20,077 nt of DNA from Tortispora ganteri (lineage: Eukaryota). Below the pieces are notes generated by a model. The model did no database searches. It worked only from the letters and a program-made list of their open reading frames with translations, and had not been told where the DNA came from. How positions within the stretch are numbered: the first letter of the stretch is position 1; each line of letters opens with the position of its first letter. Below, in pieces: positions 1 through 8,818 of the stretch. The translations under genes were made by a program, and so were the position numbers. The stretch is from assembly GCA_003707115.1 (NCBI GenBank), contig PPNB01000031.1, positions 62,001 to 82,077 of the forward strand. The letters are read 5' to 3'.

Positions 1-418
1 TTAATTCATCCGCGCGCACGATAAACATATACTTACAATTAATACCTACTCGTGGCGTTTTTAAATGTAAAATGATCTTTTATTTATTAGAAACGGATTA
101 TTAGAAGACATAAAATTGTAAATGGTTGTTTATGGCTCGTGGTTAACATTAGTGTAGCCACAGATAGCAGTGTAGCTGTATACGGTTGATCCATTGCAAA
201 CTGGTCAAAGTTGACGTGAAACTGACTGACCTCGCTTTAGTCTACAGCTAGCATGGTACTTTGCCTATTCTGTACCCATGTGTGACGTATATTTGCTGCA
301 TATTGAAATTATCGCTAAATGTTCGTACATACGCTACCCTTTTAAGGTTGAGGTACCTTGTTGGTCCGCACTCCTAACAAAACTATATAAGACCGAACAC
401 AATTGCGACAGCACCAGC

Positions 419-1570
419 TTAGTCAGAGCACTTGAGTACGACTCGGCCCACAATTTTACCCTGTTGCATTTCGCGGAACACAGTATCGAGCTCGTTAAGC
501 GGGCGGATCTCAATCGGCACCTTAACAAGTCCCCTGGCAAAGAAGTCAATGGCCTCGTCAGTATCAGCACGGTTGCCAACATATGAACCTTTAATACTGA
601 TCGATCTCACGACCTGATCAAAAACGTCAGCAGATATCTTTGCATCTGGAGGAAGTCCAACGACAACAACAGTACCCATAGGACGAACATATTTTACAGA
701 GGCATTCAGAGGTCCACTGGAAGCAGAAAGGTTAAGTACAGCGTGTGATCCTCCTTCGGTGTAATCGAGAACGTCTTGAACAATATCCTTAGACTTAGTG
801 AAGTCAACAAAATGTTCACCGCCGAGCTTCTTGACAAGAGCAGCTTTTTCATCACCTCCATCGATTCCAATGGGTCTGAGACCCATGGCCTTGGCGTATT
901 GAATAGCCAAAGAACCAAGCCCTCCTCCGGCACCAACAACGGTGACAAACTCACCAGGGCGAGCACCAGATGTCTTCAAAGCCTTGTATACGGTAATACC
1001 GGCGCATAGAATAGGAGCGATCTCAGCTAGATCGCAAGATTTGGGAATAGGAGCAGCGTGAACAGCTTTGGCAATGGCGTACTGCTGAAAAGAACCGTCA
1101 ACCGTATAACCAGACAATATAGCATCTGCACAGTTTGATTCCCCTCCATGTTTGCAATACTCGCAGCTAAGGCACGAGCCGTTGAGCCATTTGATACCAG
1201 CATAATCCCCAAGTTGGAAGTTGGTGACCAAATCGCCAGCAGCAACAACAACCCCTGCACCTTCGTGACCTCCGACCAAAGGAAGTTTGGTATCAAGAGG
1301 CCAATCACCATGCCAAGCGTGCAAATCAGTGTGGCATACACCTGAGTACTTGACATTTATCAAAATCTCATCAGGACCAGGAGTAGGAACTGGAATATCA
1401 CGATATTCGAGAGGGCCGTTGGGCTTATCGAAGACCATTGCCTTCTGCATCTTTGGAATGTTTGGCAACTCATGAATTTGACGTATCGCTTGTGATGCAA
1501 CCATGGGTGAAGCTTTGAGTGTAGGGAAAACTGGAGCTTTAAAAACCCGCAAAACTTTTGTTTTAAGCAT
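419..1570 (-). CDS. Zn-dependent alcohol dehydrogenase (fungal Adh1/2/3 family), predicted mitochondrial isoform, 383 aa
   Basis: Motifs [14 protein letters not shown], structural-Zn CxxCxxCx7C ([15 protein letters not shown]) and GAGGGLG. Start placed at ATG 1570 (ACAATG context); the N-terminal ~32 aa ([13 protein letters not shown]...IRQIH) are K/R/S-rich with no acidic residues. An upstream in-frame ATG exists at 1612. Stop TAA at 419-421. Confidence 0.93.
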   Translation of the reverse strand: MLKTKVLRVFKAPVFPTLKASPMVASQAIRQIHELPNIPKMQKAMVFDKPNGPLEYRDIPVPTPGPDEILINVKYSGVCHTDLHAWHGDWPLDTKLPLVGGHEGAGVVVAAGDLVTNFQLGDYAGIKWLNGSCLSCEYCKHGGESNCADAILSGYTVDGSFQQYAIAKAVHAAPIPKSCDLAEIAPILCAGITVYKALKTSGARPGEFVTVVGAGGGLGSLAIQYAKAMGLRPIGIDGGDEKAALVKKLGGEHFVDFTKSKDIVQDVLDYTEGGSHAVLNLSASSGPLNASVKYVRPMGTVVVVGLPPDAKISADVFDQVVRSISIKGSYVGNRADTDEAIDFFARGLVKVPIEIRPLNELDTVFREMQQGKIVGRVVLKCSD

Positions 1571-2087
1571 TGTTGAGAGAAAGAAATGCCAAGTATCAAA
1601 GTTAGTGGACATTCCGATCTCGGCTTAAAGTTATTCCTTATTTGGGGTTGTTATAACAACAATAGATGGCTTGGAAGTATAAAGATATTACGCGAGACTA
1701 TTTTTGGGTGGGTAATATTTACATTTTAGTGACATTTTGACAGCGAGCGCATATTTTCATTACTACCATTTATCGCGATTGTGGAATCAGTTACTTGTTC
1801 TATGCCAAGCCAATGATCAGGTCATGTTGGGAGCACAATACAGCATGGGTTCCACCTGTGACAGTTACCAATAAATGTCCATTGTGGTGCACGGTGTTGT
1901 ATGCGCCATTGAAACCTTTAAGTTTATACAATTTCTAAACCTAAGGTTGAGGTCACATTGGAGCTCTGTACTAGGCTAATGACAGTATCATTGGTGTGCG
2001 TTATACTACTGTTGGCGTAAAGCTCTACATTATGCAGATGTACTGGTTTCCAATGATATACAAGTTTGAACCTGACGGTGGAAGTAC

Positions 2088-3140
2088 TTAATCGGAACAT
2101 TTTAGAACGACTCTTCCGGCAATCTTACCCTGTTCCATATCTTCATACACAGCGGGCAGATCTTTGAGTTCGCGAATCTGGATAGGCACATGGACTAGTC
2201 CGCGAGCAAAGAAATCAATGGCCTCGTCAGTGTCAGCACGGTTTCCGACATATGAACCTTTAATGCTCACGGATCGGATAACGTGGGTGAAAACATCAGA
2301 AGATATTTGCGCATCTGGAGGAAGTCCAACGACAACAACAGTACCCATTGGACGAACATATTTTACAGAGGCATTCAGAGGTCCACTGGAAGCCGAAAGG
2401 TTAAGTACAGCATGTGATCCTCCTTCGGTGTAATCCAAAATAGCCTGGACGACATCCTTAGTCTTGGTGAAGTCAACAAAATGTTCACCGCCGAGCTTCT
2501 TGACAAGAGCAGCTTTTGCGTCACCTCCGTCAATACCAATGGGTCTGAGACCCATGGCCTTGGCGTATTGAATAGCCAAAGAACCAAGCCCTCCTCCGGC
2601 ACCAACAACGGTGACAAACTCACCAGGGCGAGCACCAGATGTCTTCAAAGCCTTGTATACGGTAATACCGGCGCACAGAATAGGAGCGATCTCAGCTAGA
2701 TCGCAAGATTTTGGAATAGGAGCAGCGTGAATAGCTTTGGCAATGGCGTACTGCTGAAAAGAACCATCAACCGTATAACCAGAAAGCAAAGCGCTACCGC
2801 AGTTAGGCTCAGCGCCACGCTTGCAATACTCGCAGCTAAGGCACGAGCCGTTGAGCCATTTGATACCAGCATAATCACCAATCTGGAAGTTAGTGACCAA
2901 CTCGCCAGCAGCAACAACAACTCCTGCACCTTCGTGACCTCCGACCAAAGGAAGTTTGGTATCAAGAGGCCAATCACCATGCCAAGCGTGCAAATCAGTG
3001 TGGCATACACCTGAGTACTTGACATTTATCAAAATCTCATCAGGACCGGGAGTAGGAACAGGAATTTCACGGTATTCGAGAGGGCCGTTGGGCTTATCGA
3101 AGACCATGGCCTTTTGAGTCTTGGGAATTGATGGGGCCAT
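2088..3140 (-). CDS. ADH1: Zn-dependent alcohol dehydrogenase, cytosolic Adh1/Adh2-like, 350 aa
   Basis: Full-length yeast ADH (SIPKTQKA... [15 protein letters not shown]... [13 protein letters not shown]). No presequence. Tandem paralog of 419-1570. Confidence 0.93.
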   Translation of the reverse strand: MAPSIPKTQKAMVFDKPNGPLEYREIPVPTPGPDEILINVKYSGVCHTDLHAWHGDWPLDTKLPLVGGHEGAGVVVAAGELVTNFQIGDYAGIKWLNGSCLSCEYCKRGAEPNCGSALLSGYTVDGSFQQYAIAKAIHAAPIPKSCDLAEIAPILCAGITVYKALKTSGARPGEFVTVVGAGGGLGSLAIQYAKAMGLRPIGIDGGDAKAALVKKLGGEHFVDFTKTKDVVQAILDYTEGGSHAVLNLSASSGPLNASVKYVRPMGTVVVVGLPPDAQISSDVFTHVIRSVSIKGSYVGNRADTDEAIDFFARGLVHVPIQIRELKDLPAVYEDMEQGKIAGRVVLKCSD

Positions 3141-4066
3141 TTCTTTAGTAGTGGTAAAAGAGTTTAGTGAGTTGTTTTCTGCTTGACTTTTTTCCTGCTA
3201 TTCTATAAGACAGAGCGCAGCTATGAACGCAAAAGCTGAGAAATTCCGGCTATTATATATTCTATTTCACGCTCCGGGTAAGGTGGGGTAGTTAAATCAA
3301 ACACAAATTCAAGGAGAATTTCACCGTCGTTCTGATACCATTGGTTTCAGAAACTCAATTACATATAAGGTTTTTTCTTCGGCGTGATATCAGCACAATG
3401 CCCCGGTAAAAAGAACAGGAAATTTTAGCCATGAGGGATAATCAATTGTGCGAATTGCACCAGTAATAAGACCAAACCTTTGCGATATTCAGGAACTTAT
3501 TTGGATGGTTTTGATGACAAATTTATGATGAAAAGAGGGAATGACTAAGAAAATGATTCTCGAAAAATCATCAAACTGGTCGCTGCACCGGGGTACGAAG
3601 CATAACTTTAACCGTGTTAAAGTGCCGGAGCATCGGAAGATCCGATATGGGCGAATAAGAGCATGAGATGAGGGTGGGGCGAAGCAAAAGTGGTTACCGA
3701 CAAAAGTGGGGTCCTAATCGACTAGTGTTTGTTTTTAGTGTGAAAAACGTGTTTATGCAGACACAGTTCGATCTTTCAGATGGAGATACGGATTTGGGCT
3801 TAAAATAAGGGGGCCAGTCTAACAAGGCAAACGGAAACTGGAGGGAAGTGTGGTTGTATGCGGCAAAAAAAAGTTCACTGTATCAGTGGTATATATTGGA
3901 CGATCGGATATCGCCAGCATTTGTGCGGTTTTCTAAGACATTCGGATGATGATCTGGATGTATTGACGTTTGAGATCTATTAGAAGTGCTACGATTAACG
4001 AAAATGCTATTTTGGTGAGGTGTCTATATAGGTATATAGTGAGCAGTAAGGGAAGTTTTTGATTCG

Positions 4067-5161
4067 TTATAGTTCATCATGCGACCATTTGTGAGGCATT
4101 ACTATAACGTACTCGACGTATGCGTTTCCTTTACCTTTATGATCTGGAAACCCCATCTTATGGAAAACCTCCACTTCGCCGAATTGAGTGACTTTTCCTT
4201 TAGGTTTTGAGATTGTTATTTTGTCGTTTCCAAAAGTTTGTATAGTTCTTGACCAGCCTCCGTTTAGCGCTTCTTTAAGGGAGATCGGTTCCTTTCTTAT
4301 AAGGTTAGATCCTTGGCGTCTCCAGCCTTTATTATCGCGGGATGACTCCTTAAGGCGAATATTGAGGTTTCCAGGATGGAAATCAGGGCTCTGATCTGCT
4401 TCGCCTTCTAGAGTGATGATGCCGTCTCTGGCTGTTCCTGGCTCGACGGTGACCTCGAAATTCACGTTTTCTCTAACAACTTTTGCTCCTCTGCACACCT
4501 TGCACTTGTTTGCTATTATCTGTCCCGTACCACCACAGTCTTGACAGGGCTGTCGGATTGTCTGATACATGTTCGGACCGAGTTGTAGTTTCACGACTGT
4601 GACGCCGTGGCCCCCACAGGTTCCACACTTTTTCATAGTGCCATCGGCACTACCAGTAGCGGAACACTTTGAGCACTTTCGCTGTAAATTAAGCTGAAAA
4701 GGTATAGTGTCTCCTGAATAAAACTGTTCTAGTGTAATTTCTAGTGATGCTTCTAGGTCATTTCCTCGACGTATTCCACCGCCGTGATGTCCGAAAAAGG
4801 CCTGAAAAGGGTCACCTCCCGCAGGTTGGCCTCGAGCCTGGTTATCGAGGCCTTCCTTGCCATATCTATCATAAACTTTGCGTTTTTCTGCATCATTTAG
4901 CACTTCGTAGGCCTCGCCTATTTCTATAAATTTTCTTTCGGCCTCCTCGTCGCCAGGGTTTTTGTCCGGATGGTACTTTTTACTCAGCTGCCGGTATGCA
5001 GATTTTATGTCTTTCTCAGATGCATCCTTCGCGATCCCCAATACCTAGCGTACTGTCAGTATATTGTTTTCAAACGCTTGAATCGATTTCAAGTGATCAC
5101 TTACCTCATAGTAATTCGCAAATACGAATCCGAACAAAAACAATATCAACAGCACCTGCAT
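4067..5161 (-). CDS. SCJ1: ER-lumenal DnaJ/Hsp40 co-chaperone Scj1; exons 5161-5105 and 5044-4067, intron 5104-5045
   Basis: Spliced N-terminus [27 protein letters not shown] gives a signal peptide plus J domain with HPD. Four CxxCxGxG-like repeats and a C-terminal HDEL. The 60-nt intron GTAAGT...TACTGAC...TAG keeps the frame. Confidence 0.93.
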
Positions 5162-5619
5162 ATGTCGACGTGTCAGGTTAGTTTGGGATGTTCTACTCGA
5201 AGTAAGTGTTCAGCCGCACGCGAGTCATCGCTTACTTCATGAGACAGTATTGTATTGTTTAGTTTTCCAATTTTGTGACTATAAAGCACTTATCATTATA
5301 TTTATCTTATTTATCTGCGCAAAAGGTGAGATTTGTCATGTTTGGTTTGTACCCTGAGTGTGTATGACAAATCACAGCTGTTCTACTGGTTTCGCTACTC
5401 TAAAGCCGACCTCAACAAAAAGGTCTGACTGCTACTCTGAGCGCGGCTGTTGAAGCAGTTAAGAAAATACAATTAGAACCAATTATAATCATTATATCTA
5501 CAATGTCATAATTGTCTAAAGGCTGCGAATCATAGCCGTATAATCATAATGTTACGACTATAACAATGACTACAACAATAAGATACTTATATTACAGTAC
5601 AACAAATGAATATATTACA

Positions 5620-6418
5620 AATTATATCACAAGCTTACTGTTTCATCGCAATTCGACTACTCATTAGGTTGCATGTTAGTGAATTAGCTTAGTATTGGTT
5701 TCAACATTGGTGTAATTCAATGTCTAGTAGTAACCTCAGTACCACCAGGTCAACTCTAATTAAAAGATAGCCAATCATATATAGGTGAGTGATGAATTAT
5801 CCTCATACGTAAGTAATACACTTATACCTTGGCCAAAGTTATTGTTATTATATGACATCAATATGATTCAATAACGTTTAAGGGAACGGTTTATTAGTTT
5901 TAAATTTCTGCTGGGTTCTGTATGCATAGACAATCTATGTCATCGTATTGCTTTCAAGCAATGTTACAGCGTAGATCTTTAGAGCCAGGCGCAACCACTG
6001 ACTGTTTCTCTACGTATCGCAGTACGTACATATATACACACATACATACAAATTCTCTCAGGATCTTTGGTTACAGTTGTTCCTGTTAATAGTACAAACG
6101 ATCATCTGTACTATAGTGGAAGTTCACAAGAAGGTAGCTCAAAGGGCACATATACATATATGTCTCTAGATCATCATCTTGTTCTGAACAGTCTAGATAG
6201 TTAGAATCGTCTTCAGTATTCTCAGCTGCACATTAGCCGTCTTCGTATTCAATCCCGCGCTTTACGACTATCCGAACCGGTTCCCTGCCTCTTATGTCGC
6301 GGCAGAGCTTTGTAAAGACATCTTCCCCGAAGTCGATTCAACCACCTTCCTTGTTATCTTTCAACTCCTTGTAGGACAACATCCAGTCCGCATGCGATCT
6401 GAAACAGACACAAAATGA
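5620..6418 (+). pseudogene. Probable decayed multi-pass (7TM, RTA1/DUF7702-like) membrane protein gene
   Basis: One + frame from 6053 to 6418 reads ...LWLQLFLLIVQTIICTIVEVHKKVAQRAHIHICL*IIILF*TV*IVRIVFSILSCTLAVFVFNP...YVAAELCKDIFPEVDSTTFLVIFQLL...*, with stops at 6167, 6185 and 6194. More hydrophobic fragments lie upstream (GLLVLNFCWVLYA*TIYVIVLLSS at ~5888-5960). The 5' boundary is uncertain. Confidence 0.45.
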
Positions 6419-6627
6419 ACGTCATACTGCCCAAATTAGACACATATAAGTAGCCATAAAATGCTGAATTACATTCTTTCCTTTACAAGTATTACGCGGC
6501 TCCCTAACCCTGATACTTAATTTAGTGAACCTCCAACTTTTGTCAATGCGTGACCCGATCCGTTTCTGCTTGACACGCCAAACTTTTTGCAACGCGATAT
6601 TTAATTAGTGTGATCGTCCTTTGCAAA

Positions 6628-7527
6628 ATGGATAGCAAAACATTATGGAAAATATTCTGTAGTATACTGCTTGGTGTGACCTCTGTTGAGCTGATTGCCT
6701 TCATACTGCTGGCATATGTCCGCAAAGCCGGCAGGTTAGTGACGATCTTTGTACTTTTCGCATTTGCCACCGGTATTGGTGCTTTGTGCTGCGCAATAGT
6801 GTATTCTGCTACAGAAACAAATTCCTATGCGCTATTATGGGCCTACGTTGGCTTGACTAGCGAAACGATAGTATTCGTATACATAGCGCTCTTCCAGTTC
6901 CTAATAGTATTTCAGCTGAGAGTGCACGGACAAAGCTGGACCGCTTTGTGGCCTGGGTCGCATATTGGCATCTCTTTGTTCGTGAATGACTATCACCTTT
7001 CATCGAAAGTTTCGTGGATTTTCAACTGGGCGATCGCTGGTGTAAATGTCATCATGGCTACCGGCGCTGCCTTTTTGCCTGACAATTCTAATACACTTAT
7101 AGAAGTGATCCAGCATAAGCAGCTTCTAGGCAGGTCTATGCTGCTTGCCTCTTATGCAGCTATGATATGTCTAGCGCTCATAAATTTTCTCATGTTTTTG
7201 TCAGAATGGAGCAATGTTGTTCGAATAGGCGTCGACAGTCAGTTTATGAATGTACTGCTAATCTGTGAAGGAGTCATGATTTTACAGTGCATTACTTCCA
7301 TTATTATGCTGGTAGTACCGACGTTGGACATCGCCTCTATCAGTATCCTGACGGCACCCATGACCACCGGAATAGCCGTGTGGCAATTTATAGTCATCTG
7401 GGGCTGCATACTGGTAGAATACGGACAGTGTATCTACCTTCTGTGGATCTGGAATAATTATGAGGAGTATGAAGACAACAAAATACCTGCAGATCCAACG
7501 ACACTTACTGAGGATACGAGCCTATGA
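6628..7527 (+). CDS. Uncharacterised integral membrane protein with ~7 TM helices (RTA1/DUF7702-like topology), 299 aa
   Basis: Open frame from ATG 6628 (AAAATGG context). Seven hydrophobic 20-25 aa segments and an acidic C-terminal tail. No family-diagnostic motif recognised with certainty. Confidence 0.8.
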   Translation: MDSKTLWKIFCSILLGVTSVELIAFILLAYVRKAGRLVTIFVLFAFATGIGALCCAIVYSATETNSYALLWAYVGLTSETIVFVYIALFQFLIVFQLRVHGQSWTALWPGSHIGISLFVNDYHLSSKVSWIFNWAIAGVNVIMATGAAFLPDNSNTLIEVIQHKQLLGRSMLLASYAAMICLALINFLMFLSEWSNVVRIGVDSQFMNVLLICEGVMILQCITSIIMLVVPTLDIASISILTAPMTTGIAVWQFIVIWGCILVEYGQCIYLLWIWNNYEEYEDNKIPADPTTLTEDTSL

Positions 7528-7589
7528 CAAGTTGTAACATGGTTCTTTCCATTCAATGCATTTTTCCCCCATTAAAGTGAGGCCCACAA

Positions 7590-8598
7590 TTAACGAGCTT
7601 TATCCATCTCTAGCCTTTCAAAAGTCTTCCGGGCAGCTTTAATATTTAATGACACAATATCTTCATCACCGGCATTTATATGTGATTCCTTTCTCTGAAC
7701 TTCCAACCGTGGCAGTATAACCATAATGAACATGTTGGAGGTCAAATTTTCTATAATGATAGTACATCCAGGACCGCGTAGTTGTAGCGATTGAAACTGC
7801 GACCTCATTTTCGAGCAGCTTTGTTTATAGGTCTTAATAATGTTCGATATTTTCTCGAACCTTTTAGGGTCCATTTCTGCAGTCTTGTATGACGCGTGTG
7901 ATATGACAAGAAACGTAGTTTTCTCAAACAATATGGCTTCCTGCGCCTCAGATATTTCAGCGAAATGATGGAGATGTGACTCAAATGCATTCATGTTGGG
8001 AATAAGCTCACATACTATGCTTGACCAGGCTTTATAGAGCGATTCGTCCCATATTGAAGTGGCGTATCCTTGTATAGGAAACCCGTATACTTTTGAGGTT
8101 TCACGCAACGCCTGCATCATGCTAGAGTAGACTTCTTCACGCTTACCTGGCTGAACGAGATCAATCTTATGTATTAAAACAAATATCTTTGCATTCGGAG
8201 AGTAGTCACTTAACTGACGAAGACAGAGTGCGAAGGTCTCGACATCTTTAGATATCTCTTCACTCTCTACGTCAAATACATGGATAAGTACTTCAACCAT
8301 TCTGAAGATATGGTCTTTCTGTGTTGTAAAATATGTCTCCATGAATGCATCTTGACCGGCACAATCCCACAAATTGAGAGTCATATTGCCTAGAAACCGC
8401 AAATTCGAATGCTCTACATCCATAGTGGCACCAAGTCGACGAGTATCGTAGGCGGAATAGTTCGAGAAGATTATACTTCTCATGGACGATTTTCCTGATC
8501 CGCTACGTCCCTTTACTGTTAGATTTTGAAATTCTTATTTATAAATCATATATACATACCATTAATAGTAGCTTCCTACGTGAACTTGTAGCTGTCAT
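7590..8598 (-). CDS. GTR1: Rag-family GTPase Gtr1 (RagA/B; EGO/TORC1); exons 8598-8560 and 8510-7590, intron 8559-8511
   Basis: Spliced N-terminus MTATSSRRKLLLM|GRSGSGKSSMRSIIFSNY restores the P-loop. WDCAGQ and HKID motifs present. The 49-nt intron reads GTATGT...CTAAC...AAG. Confidence 0.95.
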
Positions 8599-8714
8599 TG
8601 TCTGTTGATTGTCGTTGTCGTAGTGTAAGTAGTAAGACACCCCTGCCCGTTGCCCTAACACAAACCTTTCTTTTACCAGTCATTTTAAGTCTACCCTCTA
8701 AAAGGGCCCGCTAT

Positions 8715-8818
8715 GTAAGTATGATTACTATGATGATAATATTTTCTAGCTGATATTCTGTGGAGCGGTCTATTTCAGACTACAACGGTATCTGAGTTTC
8801 ATACTAACGCCGCCGCAG
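8715..8818 (+). other. Spliceosomal intron in the SEN2 5' UTR (snoRNA host)
   Basis: GTAAGT at 8715-8720, perfect TACTAAC at 8802-8808, CAG at 8816-8818 immediately before the SEN2 ATG at 8819. Confidence 0.85.
8727..8797 (+). ncRNA. SNR79: Box C/D snoRNA, snR79 homolog (guide for 18S rRNA Cm1007, S. cerevisiae numbering)
   Basis: Box C ATGATGA at 8730-8736, D' CTGA at 8750-8753, C'-like TGTGGA at 8759-8764, box D CTGA at 8792-8795. The guide AGACTACAACGGTAT before box D is complementary to the conserved 18S segment AUACCGUYGUAGUCU, and the D+5 rule points to the second C of AUACC. In S. cerevisiae snR79 also lies next to SEN2 (recalled, not checked). Confidence 0.88.

Noticed and set aside
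278..3025. Many short ORFs overlapping the ADH genes, some occurring twice
   Set aside because: Antisense or off-frame shadows of the ADH coding sequence; their duplication only mirrors ADH nucleotide identity.
3489..3575. Minus-strand TTGATGA ... CTGA spacing resembling a C/D snoRNA
   Set aside because: No recognisable rRNA-complementary guide or terminal stem, and it lies in the ADH promoter.
6086..6421. Acidic minus-strand reading with two stops (…IDFGEDVFTKLCRDIRG…)
   Set aside because: It is the codon-aligned antisense shadow of the + strand membrane-protein remnant, which fits a family pattern better.
6502..6511. CCCTAACCCT resembling a telomerase RNA template
   Set aside because: Only ~200 nt of free space and no supporting structure; more simply a Tbf1/telobox promoter site of the 7TM gene.
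8625..8679. Second intron-like string GTAAGT...CCTAAC...CAG upstream of the snoRNA
   Set aside because: It would require a TSS almost on top of the GTR1 start codon; CCCTAAC and CAGTCA are better explained as promoter motifs. Not fully excluded.
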